64,000 nt of DNA, from NCBI RefSeq assembly GCF_004010195.1, contig NC_057719.1, forward strand, positions 30,065,853-30,129,852, given 5' to 3'. Positions 48,601-60,600 of the stretch are shown piece after piece. Position 1 is the first letter of the stretch. Each line of letters starts with the position of its first letter. This stretch comes from Chiloscyllium plagiosum. Its lineage: Eukaryota. The position numbers and the translations under genes were made by a program. The notes under the pieces were generated by a model, which was not told the origin of the DNA, searched no databases, and worked only from the letters and a program-made list of their open reading frames with translations.

Positions 48601-51600
48601 GCCTTTAAAGGTTTCTTTAGATTTAGATTACTTTACAGTGTGGAAACAGGCCCTTCGGCCCAACAAGTCCACACCGACCCGCCGAAGCGCAACCCACCCA
48701 CACCCCTCCATTTACCCCTTACCTAACACTACGGGCAATTTAGCATGGCCAATTCACCTGACCTGCACATCTTTGGACTGTGGGAGGAAACCGGAGCACC
48801 CGGAGGAAACCCATGCAGACACGGGGAGAACGTGCAAACTCCACACAGTCAGTCGCCTGAGGCGGGATCTGAACCCAGGTTTCTGGCGCTGTGAGGCAGC
48901 TGTGCTAACCACTGTGCCACCGTGCCGCCCTAACCTTCTTACTTCCCACCAACCTTCATAACATTGTATGCTTTTACTTTTGCTTTTAAACTATCCCTTG
49001 TCCTCACCTGAGTATGTTTCTTCTTACTTGGGATGAAATTCTGTTGTGGCTGCCAAATTACCCACAAACTCTCTTGCCATTGCTGCTCTATTGTCTTCCC
49101 TGCTAGGCTGTCCTTCCAATGTACTCTGGCCAGCTCCTCCCTCATATTTTTGTAATTACCTTTACTCAGTTGTAATACCATTACATCTGATTCTAGCTTC
49201 TCCCTCTTAAATTGCAGGGTGAATTCTATCATGTTGTGGTCACTAACCTCTTTGAGTTTCTTCATCTTACCCTCCCAAAGCAAGTCTGGCTCATTATACA
49301 TCAAAACCAGAATTGTCTGTTTCCTAGTGGACTCTCCCATAGGCTGCCCCAAAATGATATGGTGTGAAATGTTCAGATGTCTGTCAGTCTGGCATCCTGG
49401 CAATATGTAGACCGTTGTGACCAATTTGGCAATTTTCTCTGGGATCTTAACAGATGTTGTTTGCTCAGGAAACAACAGTATGGAAAGGACTTTCAGTTGG
49501 TTTTCAAGAGTACAATCCAGTCTCACATTGGATTTACCACCAAAATTACTTCAGAACCAAGAGACATGGGCTGAGCAGCTCCTTTCATGGCAAGCTTCCT
49601 CAATTAAACATCCAAAGCCATCTCTAAACATGCAAAACATTGTTCAAACAGAACAACCAGAAAGCCCAAAAAATTGTGAAGGGTTTTCCTTGAAGGGAGC
49701 TTCAGCGTCAAGACCATCAAATGCCTGGAACTGTTTGGTGTTCAACAAATGAATTGGAAAAAAGGTTTCACATTGACTTAAAAATATTAGCTATCTTCAC
49801 AATCCATGAAACTCAGTTCCACAAATATTAAATCATAACATTATCATGTCATAAAACAACCTGAAATTGCAATTTACTGTAAACAATTCATTACACAGTT
49901 TAAAAAAGTAGCGTTGGAATTCATTGTGTGGACCATAACAACAGCATGGATCTGTTATGCAAAATAGTCCATTTACTTACCGTAAATATTTTCTAATACT
50001 TCAATGCAATTAATGAAATAAATCTAGAATAAAAACCTAACAATCAACATGGACAGTGACAAACCTACTTGCCTATTTAAAAAACCTAACTTGGTTCACT
50101 AAAGTCCTTTAAGAATCCTGCCATTCTTACTTGGTCTGCTGTAGATGTGGCTCTAGGCCCATGACAGTATGGTTGACTCAAAGCTACCTTCTAAATTGGC
50201 ATTGAAAAGGCCGTAAGTCACATTCAAAAAGTCAATACCTCCGAAAGAGTGATTAGGGATGAACAAAAAATGTTGGCCATGTCAGCGGTACCAACAGCTT
50301 GGCACCTGTTGAGACCCCAAACACTGACCCAAATACTAACCCTCTGATTAGTTGGTAGCTCTGAGGTGGGATTTCATGTCAATGAAAATCTGAAACTTCA
50401 CTTTAGGTTATTAATGATAATTGGGACAGGGCATGGGGTAGTGGACTCCAGCACTTCACAACTCAGCCCAGTGATTTGGGTAAAATGCAGGTGTCCAGTT
50501 AAAGTTTGACCTCTCTGGCACTAATGGTTTAGCTTGGGTATTGATCTTCAGGATGTTGTGACCCATTATGTCAAAGCTGCAATGTCAGTTGCTGCCTCCC
50601 ATATGCTGATTCTCTATACGAGATTGCACTATTTTTTCCTGCAGGAAAAGAGGATGTGCATGCTATTGAAAAACCAAATGGGGAAATGTGCATTCCTGCT
50701 GAGTGCAATTGTGTGGAATATACAGTGAGGAAGGAATCCTGTAAGAAGTTACTGGTTTGCAAGTGCCACAGTATGAAAAGAAAATGATGTTCGTGTCTGT
50801 TGTGAAGACAACACAGGATGACTTTGTGCCTCAAAAGCAGAAAGGAAGGAGCTTTAGTGTGTCCTTGTGACAGGATGCTCAAGGGGTCATGGAGTAGAGG
50901 GAAATGGGGTAACCAGAGAAAAGGAATGTTGCATGTACTGTAAAAGGACAGGACATATGAAGTGTGCTCATTCTTACTTCTTGACATAGTTGAACCTATT
51001 CCTCACTGCATCCATGTCCTGGGGATTATGCTGATGGGCATGCCCCTCTCAACATCCTAAGTCAAGTCAAGTTTTGCTGCAGTGTTTCAGGAGACATACT
51101 TGCAGAACTTAAGGAATAATCCTTCTCTCTTTGTCCAGACCTCTTCCATCACTTTCTCCAGAAAGGCATTGGACAGTCTGAAATGAATTGATTTCAGAAA
51201 GTCTCTATTGTGTGTGAAAGCAAGGAATGCAACTCCATTCAACAGTGTATTGTTGCTTTAAATGTCTTTAGCATCCTGCTGGCAATTTTACCATGAAAGT
51301 GGGCCAACTATCCATTTCTTCAACAAACAATCAGGTGGTCAGGTATTCTAAAAAATTATATTGAACTGATGCCCAGGAGTTAAAATCATTTTGGCTTTAT
51401 GCCAGTGATGTTAAGAGATTGATTTCTTCCTCATGTCACTACCCTCAGCAATGCTGACTCAGATTTAGAAGCATGGATATAACAATTACTATTACATCTT
51501 AAATAAATTATAATTCCTTAAATATTTTTGATAAAAATCAAATAAACTGAAGGTCAATATTATCATAAATGTATTTCAGCAGTATTTGCTATTTTTAAAA

Positions 51601-54600
51601 GTTATGATGCAAAACGATTCATAAAATCTTCTAATAAAGTTTGTGTATTTCACTGCCTTCATAAGCAATTATTTAAATACTGCTGGAAATAGATTAATGA
51701 GCAGCCATCTGAATAAATGTGTAGAACATACAAAGATAATTAATCTGAAAAGGCTACCAGGACTATTACTGTTAAATTCCTAATTACAAATCTTGTTTTA
51801 ATTGTGATAACTATACCACAATCATATTTCATATATCCATTAATATTAATTTACTGCTTTCTATCAATCACTTTTCTGAACCACTATAGCTTACAACTAA
51901 TTCAACTTAGTTCAAGAGTATTAACACTGGCATTTGTATGGAGGAACAAAAGACATCAGAATAGGAGCATACCATTCAGCCCTTCGAGCCTGATCCGTCA
52001 TTCAATAAAATCATGTCTGATCTCAATTCTACTTTCATCTCTACTCTACATAAACCTTGACTTCCTGGTCTGTTGAAACACTAACTCAACCCTGCAGAAA
52101 TTCAATGACTAATTCTCAACTGTTTTCTGGGGAAAATAATTCTTTATACTAAGGATGTGCAAGAAAAAAACTGCCCTCATCTCATTCTTAAATGCCGGAA
52201 TTCTTAATCTTGAGCTGCATTCCCTGTTCTAGTCTCTTTTACAAGGAGAAAGCATCCTTTCAGAATCTACTCTGTCACAACCCCTCAGGATCTAATATCT
52301 TTATTTATATTCGATGTAATTGGAAAGAAAGCTATAATAATTTGTGTAATGAATTCACTACATACCACTGCTACATGGCCAAGATTGTACCATACATCAG
52401 CCACTTCCTCATCATTCACAGCCAGTGCAAGTGCTCTTTGAAATGAGCTCAGAGTCATATCATACTGCTGTGCATAAAAGCAGCACAGCCCTAGGTTGTT
52501 GAAGAGCTGACAATTATAAACACCCATTTGGAGAAGTCGCCTGTAGAAAAGAAAATCTTTTCAACACAATTCCAAAACCAAAAACATTGAACTCTTTGCA
52601 TAACAAGCAAAATGTACAACATGAATTAACAGAGTCAGAGAGCACAGAAATAGACCCTTTGATCCAATTTGTTCGTGCTGGCCAGACATCCCAAACTGAC
52701 CTAGCCCCATTTGCCACCATTTGGCCCTTCTCCCTCTAAACTCTTCCTATTCATATACCCTTTCAGGTGCCTTTAAAATATTATAGGGTTATGGGAAGAA
52801 AGCAGGAGAATGTGGTTGAGTAACATGTCAGCCTTCATCGAATTGCAAAGCTGACTCAATGTGCCAAATAGTCTAATTCTGCTCTTATACCTTATGGTTT
52901 TCTGGTTAAATGGATTCCAAACCAGGCCAAATCTGCTGTGGACCAAAGCCTGGACTCAAAGCCTAGCGAGGCAGGCTCAAACAAAAGTCTGCTCGCTCAG
53001 GGGTTAGATAGGGCAGAGATTAAACAACATGTCAAATCAGGCAAAGCCATTAAAATCGGTTGAGCCTTCCCAGTACTTGCTGCAGCTCTCTCTGAGAGTT
53101 ACAATGAAATGCAGTATGCAAGTGAAATGGAATCGAGGGGATAGGTTCTGTCAGATTACTGTTCAGGAGGTGAAGGTGTATTGATTGATAGGTTTCTGAA
53201 CTCAGCAATGCCATCACCTTGTAGCCCTGGCATTTCTTTTTCAAATAGAATTTTTTTTTTTTGAATGGGCAACGGTTCCTAGTAAGCTATTAGCTTCCAC
53301 TGAAGCTATGTCTGAATTAAAATTCATCACCAAGTACCAAGGCATGTGCACTCATAAGTAAAAAAACAAAAAAGGCATACACCATTGGAAACTGAAGTAG
53401 TTTACCTATCTGAACTATGGCTGTTTTATTAAAATAGCTTAATGATCATAATCTGTAGCTAAAATTTAGTTATTGATATATCTTCTGATCTCACCTATAG
53501 AATCGCAATGCAATCTCAGGCTGATCTGAATAAAAATGATTACTTCCTATGCAGGCAATGGCTTCTACATTTGTATTATCTTGTTTTAAAACATTCTTGT
53601 AATATTCAGTGGCTGACACCATGTTGTTCATTTCCTGTTAAAGTCAAAAATAATGTATTATAAAATGGCAAATTTAAGAGAGAATGTCAACACATTTTGA
53701 CCAAAGTTTTAAAATTCTGAATAAGAATTGACATGTACAATACATACATTGTATATACGAGCTATTCCTGTAAGCAGTGTAACTTCTGCTGGGAAACAAT
53801 CCAGTCCTTGCTTGTAAAGGCTTAATGCTGTCAATGGCTGGTCTAAACGAATATAGACCTATTCAAATAAAGTGAAAATTATTTAGCAGGTGTAAGAATT
53901 TGTATTTAAAAACTCCCTTTATTCATTAATCTTTTCAGAATTGATCCAGTAGTTAATATTAACACAGGGATTAGAATACGTTGTTGGTAATGAGACAAAT
54001 AAGACTTACGAGTTATTGTCTGTCAATGGTTTAAAAAAAAACTTCAAGTGAGGGACAGATGCATAGTTTAAAAGTGAATATTGAGAAGACCCTGAGTTCC
54101 ATAATTCTGAAATGGCACTTCAATGTCATTCTTTAGCATCAACATGCATCAAGTGTCATGATGTTATGATTGCAGCATGGATACAAAACAAACTCACTGT
54201 ACATATTTAGGACTAATCATTAATATTGCAATAAAATCAGAAATTGCTGGAAACATTCAGTAGGAATGGTAGCACAGAATCAGAGAATCCCTACATTGTG
54301 GAAACAGGCCATTCGGCCCAACAAATTCACACCGACCCTCCAAAGAGTATCCCACCCAGAACACACTCCCTTACCCCTGTTACTCTATGTATCCCCTGAT
54401 TAATGCACCTAGCCTACACGTCCCTGAACACTATGGGCAATTTAGCATGGCCAATTCACCTAACCTGCACATCTTCGGATTGTAGAAGGAAACCAGAGCA
54501 CCCGGAGAAAACCCACATAGACACGGGGAGAACATGTAAACTCCACTCAGACAGTCGCCCGAGGCTGGAATCGAACCCAGATCCCTGGCACCGACAGGCA

Positions 54601-57600
54601 GCAGTGCTAACCATTGACCTGCTCTACAGCATCTGTGGAGAGAAACCAGAGTTAACATTTTGGATCCAGTAACCTTTCTTCAGAACTGATGGTAGTTAAG
54701 ACAAAGTTATTTTTTCATTTCAGACAATGGGGAGGGGCTGGTGGTGGTGGTAAGTAAACAACAGGTGGAGATAGAGCCCGAACAGACAGAAGGATAGTTG
54801 GACTGCCAAAGGAGTGGATAGTGGATAACGGTTAGCCTAGGGGAATGAATAACTGCTAATGGGGACTCTAAGTGACTAACAATTGCATGTGTGGTAACAA
54901 GACAGTGTGCAGGGGTTGGGTAAGGACATGGAGAAGGTGCCTCAAGCCATAAAATTGTTGAATTCAATATACAGCCCAGAAGGCTATAAAAGTTCTCAAG
55001 TGAAAAATGAGGTGTTGTTCCTCCAGCTGAACTGTTCCATCCACCATCACCCTCCTCCAGGCCAAGCTCATCCTCACCCTGAACAACTTTGCTTTTAACT
55101 CTTCTTGCTTTCTTCGGATCAAAGGGGTGGCCATGAGTACTCGCATGGGCCCCAGTGATGCCTTGTGAGGCATGTGGAACATTCCATATTCCAATCCTAT
55201 TCCAGCTCCCACCCACAACACTTTCTCTGGTGTATCGATGATATCATTTGTGCTTCTTCCGTCCCTTGTCTTGAATTGGAAACATTTATCAATTTCACTT
55301 CCAATTTCCACCCCTCTCACCTTCACTTGGTCAATCTCTGACCTCTCCCTTCCTTGACATCACTGTTTGCATTTCTGGGGATAAGCAGGCCATACAAACC
55401 CACCACCTTCCAGTTACCTTGACAAGACATCCTCATGCCCTACTTCCTGTAAAGACTATTCCATTCTCTCAGTTCCTCCACCTCTTCGAATGCCAACTTC
55501 AACAAGCCGGCCTCTGAAGTGCCCACCTTTTTCCTCAACCAGTAATTCCCCAGCATTGTAGTTGACAGGGCCCTCAGCTGCATTTGACCCATCTTCCCCA
55601 CTTCAGCCATCATTCTCCTCATTCCTCCCACATAAGCAATAGAGTGCCCCCTTGCCCTCACCTATCATCCTGCCAGCATCCACATCCACATCCGCAGGAT
55701 CATTAGCCGCCATTTCCATCACCTCCAGTAGGATGCCATGACCAGACACATTTCACTCTCCTCCCTAGTCAGCCTCCTGCAAGGTACGTTCCCTCCAGGA
55801 CATCCTGGTCCACTCTTCCACCATCCCTGCAATCCCACAGCACCATCCCCTGCAACTGTGAAGGTGTAACACCAGCCCATTTACTTCCTCCCTCCTCAGT
55901 ATCCAAGGGCCCACAACCTAATCTACTGCATTCACTGCTCACAACATGGTTGCCTTTACATTTGGGAAATGAAAGCACAGACTGGGTGATCACTTCACAG
56001 AATACCTACATTTTGTCCGCAGAAAAGACCCTGAGCTTTCAATTGCCCAACACTTCAACATACCACCCTGTTCCCTGACCAACATCTTTGTCTCAGGCTT
56101 GCTGCAATGCTCCAGCAAAGCTGAGAGCAAGCTAGAAGACCAGCATTTCATTTTCCACTTGATATTCAAGTCCTGAAGGCTGTAGAGTTCTCAAGTTCAA
56201 TAATCTTAGGACTTAAGAAACCTTCTCCCAAGTCCTTACTCCAACCTCCACACACCAGCCTTTGTAATAAAGTGCTATCAGTTCTGACAAAGGGTCGCTG
56301 GACCTGAAACGTTAACTCTGATTTCTCTCCACAGATGCTACCAGATCTGTTTTTGTTTCCAATATCCAACATCTGCAGCTCTTGTTGTTTTTAAAAATTA
56401 ACACTGCAAGTACCTTTTAATGACGTGAAAGTGTTTCATTACTGCCAAACAATTTCTGGCAGTGGAGTCTCATTCCTTCGAGTTCTGAATTTAATTTCTT
56501 AAATAATAAAATTTATTTTTTCTACATTTCTTTTCTTTCTGAATTGAATACATATGTAATTTCCCTCAGTGTGCTGTTACTAGATCACAACTGTGGGAAA
56601 ATTTAGTTTGAACTTAAGGATGTGGGAGCAAAACTGACTATAGCAGACGATGTTAGACGCCATGTTACAGCAAATTTTGGCCCAGGTATTGAGTTGTGAT
56701 ATGTGTCATACAATTGCTTACCTTTGCCAGGTAAAGAACTGTATCAACCATTTCCTGTTGTTTGAATGCAGATTTAAACTGCTTCTCTGCTTCACGATAC
56801 AAACCCAACCTTTTGAGATCAAAGATATTAGACAATAATATTGAAACTCTGTAGAACACATTGAAAGTATTCATTCATTTATCATGCTTTGTACCTGCTT
56901 CCCTGCATTCAAAGTGACAATGTTCTATAGAAACTTTCATAAAACAAATAATAGATGCATTGTAGCCATGGATCAGTGATTCCCAATTACATAAAGTAAC
57001 TTAAAAACAATCGTAAACAAATGGGTAAAATCTTATCTTAGCATCAAGATCATCACCTGCTGCCTAGAAAGCCAATGGGAGACTTGCACTGCCTTTTCCA
57101 GGATAGGCCCAACAAGCCACACACTAAACAGGCAGTAGAGAGGCTACCTGTGGTGGATGTTCAACTTAGCATGAGTTACTGGACAAGCAGATGCTAGCAG
57201 TTCTTGTGCACAGCTGTGCCACGGAGGAGGCCATGGTTGTTGCCAAAGGATAGACTGCTCAAACATTCGGCGAGGACCCAAGTCACAGGTAAGTAATTTG
57301 CACAAGAAACAAGAGTTAGGTTGGGGAGTGGGGAGAGCTCTCATTGGGGCCCTGCTTCATTTTATTCACTGTAGGCATTTGTTCATGGAGGAACGTTGGT
57401 GACCTTGATCAAACATACAAGATTTAGAGGGGTCTTGGGACAGTAAATGTTGAGAAGTTTCCATTAGTGGGGGAAATCACAAAACAGGGGACACAGTTAA
57501 AGGGGACATTCCATTAAAATGAAATGCAAAGTAATTTCTTCTCCCAGAGGGTGGTGAATCTCCAGAATTCTCTAATACAGAGAGTTACGAAGGCCAAATC

Positions 57601-60600
57601 ATTTTAAATATTTAAAGAGGAGATAGATTTTTGAAATATCAAGGATTTGAGGGCTATGAGGGTTATGGCACAAAAGAGGAATTGAGGCGAGGGCAGATCA
57701 TCCATGATCTTATTGAATGGCCTACTCCTGTTCCTATTTCTTATGATCTTTCTGACGTTCATTCTCTTGATCAGGCACTGATTTGATTGAGGGACTCCAA
57801 CATCCAATGTGGCAAGTAGGCCGTACAGTTTAACATGTCATAGACATCACCTAAGGACAGGCCTGCTGGCAGCTGGGTAAATCTTAACTGCAGCAAAATG
57901 GAAACCTTATGGTCCTTAACTGGCCACTCAGGAACCATAATTGGCAGTGTAGAAAAGTCAAACACATGCGTTCCCACCCAGGACCCAATTCTGGTGGGGG
58001 GGCATGAAAACAGCAGGTGTCAGTTTGCCTTCACCACATCTAATTAAACACTTCTCCCACCTACAAATTCATGACCAGAAAAGTCCACCCAATGCATTCA
58101 TCTTCTCTAATTCAATACAACATAAATCTAAGTTGGTTTACCTGTAGTAACATTTTCCAATTTGTACCTTCCACCACCAATCTTTATACTGGGAATGCTC
58201 AGTAGCCAGGGCTGCCAAATCTAAAGCCTGTTAAAATAAAAATATTCAATTTTTATTGGAAAGTTTTCACAAATTAATTGGGAAATTTTTAAAAATAAGT
58301 GAACATTAATTGATCCGCCATTGTGCTGTACCAGAGTTCCAAACTTGGTGTAAACTTCAGGTGAAACAGGGTTAAAGAACAGGGGGTAACTAAAGCAGTA
58401 TACAAGGATGAAAGATAGTTCTCATTTGAAGTCATGTGTTTTGTCATTTTTAATCCAATATTTAATATTATGTAGTTATTTTATATTTACCTTATATTTG
58501 TACATGGTAAAATTTTCCAATCATAAATTGAAAATGCTATTACATTACTATTAATGGGGAAAGTGCAATTATAATCATGAAAAAGTTTACATTGGCAGTT
58601 TCCATTCTAACTTCTGATGGATTTTTAAAGAATGAGCACTCTATTCACAAAAAAATTGGATTACAAAAACACTGCAAGCAATATTGTTATTAAAAAATAA
58701 AATTGTGATGCATCAGCTGTAAACAGCCAAGGTCATCCAGGATACTGTCCTTCCTTTTAGGCAGTGAACTTCAAGATGTAGCAGCCTTGCCAGTACAAAT
58801 TTACCATACAGAAACTTGCTTCCTAACAGTACGGTGGGAATCCCTGCACTCCAAGAACTGTAGCAGTCCAAGAGAACAGCTACCATCTTCTCCAGCAATT
58901 AGTGATGGGAACTAGATGCTATTTTAGCCAGTGATGCCTATATCCTGTGAACAAATTTAACAACCCAGAGTTTAAAGGATCATATTATTATAGGTTGAGA
59001 GTCAAATGTCACAAGGCGATCAAACGGAAGTATTTATGATAAAAGAATATAAGCGAACTATTTCTCTCAGATGTGCAAAACAGAGCCAGAGGGTTCAGTG
59101 AGAACAGATTTAAAACATGAAAATTGTAGGGTGTGCTGGAATTCCTAACATGTATTCTCATCACCAAAGCTGAAAGTAGTAATTAGGGAAAATCTGTCCT
59201 TTTATTGCCCATTCCAACTTGCTCTTGAACGGAGTGATTTACTAGGCCACTTCAGAGGGTAGTAAAAAGTCAACCACATTTCTGTGGGTCTGCAGTCACA
59301 GGTAGGCCAGACCAGGTAAGGACAGGAGATTTCCTTCTCTAAAAAAAACACATTTGTGAATAAAATAGATTTTTGGCAACAATTGAATATGGTTACACAG
59401 TCATCAATAGACTAGCCTTTCATTCCCAACTTTGATGTAAGTTTCACCATCTGATCTTGAACGTTAATCTGGGACTCTGGATTTTAATGAAATTACCACT
59501 AGACTACCACCTCCCCCCATCATAAATACATTTTACAAATCTGTTCTTCAGCACACTTATACACCTTTAATAGTTACACATCAAGATTTGCCACAGGTTA
59601 CTGAAATAAATCTCAAATAGAAATTGGAATACCATGGTAGTTCTTTATTGATAACTTACAGTTTTAACATCATTTTCATGATGGAAAATATATTCAAACA
59701 ATGCCTGAAAAATAATCATAAATGAATAGTTTATCAGTTTTCAAATGCATCTTTTACACACAGGAAGAAAATATTGCAAATCCTATAATTCACTCTACTG
59801 ATAACATACAAAATATTCTAGTTGGCAGGTTTAGTTAAGTCTGCACAGAATGTGGCCAAGGCAGAGAAATTTGGCAAACGTCCTTTTTGTTGGAACCCTC
59901 TCATTGGTGCAGCATGCAATCTTCCGGTTGACATTTCAATGGTTACCAATCTCTCATTTAAATATTACAACACAGTAAAATATTTTAAAGAAACGTAGCC
60001 CATTTTTCTGAATGCTTAGAGCACAGCTCAGTTAGGTATGCTATTTGTGTTAGAGCTTTGGCCGATGAAGGAAGTGCCAAGTGTAATCGTTATATTAATA
60101 ATTTCCCCTTTCATTACAAAGATTATTACATTATAAAAATGACTACATTTCAAAAAATACTTAACTGGTTGTAAAGTATTTTGAGCTGTTCAGTGGCTTT
60201 GAAAATCTCCATATAAATGCCAGCCTCTCTTTTTACTTCTTTCATGTAGGGATCCAAGCAGATTCGTTGACTGGCCTAATCCTGCTGGTTAGGTCCACTT
60301 CTCTCAATTGAGAGCTCACTTCCACCTTCTGAAGAGCAATTCTAATTTGCCACTAAATACTTCCCTTTCCATTGAAGAGAGCAAACCTTAGTAGGACTTA
60401 TACACTTAATGGTAAGGTCCTAGGGAGTGTTGCTGAACAAAGAGACCTTGGAATGCAGGTTCATAGCTCCTTGAAAGTGGAGTCGCAGATAGATAGGATA
60501 GTGAAGGCAGCGTTTGGTATGCTTTCCTTTATTGGTCAGGGAGTATTGAGTACAGGGGTTGGGAGGTCATGTTGTGGCTGTATAGGACATTGGTTAGGCC

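Noticed and set aside
50540..51300. Possible ancient LINE RT fragment (YAD-like codons near 51027)
   Set aside because: Too degenerate to support a call by eye.
52285..52527. Single-exon ORFs at 52285-52527, 56665-56874 and 61827-62033 as separate genes
   Set aside because: They are TTC8 exons read through into flanking introns.
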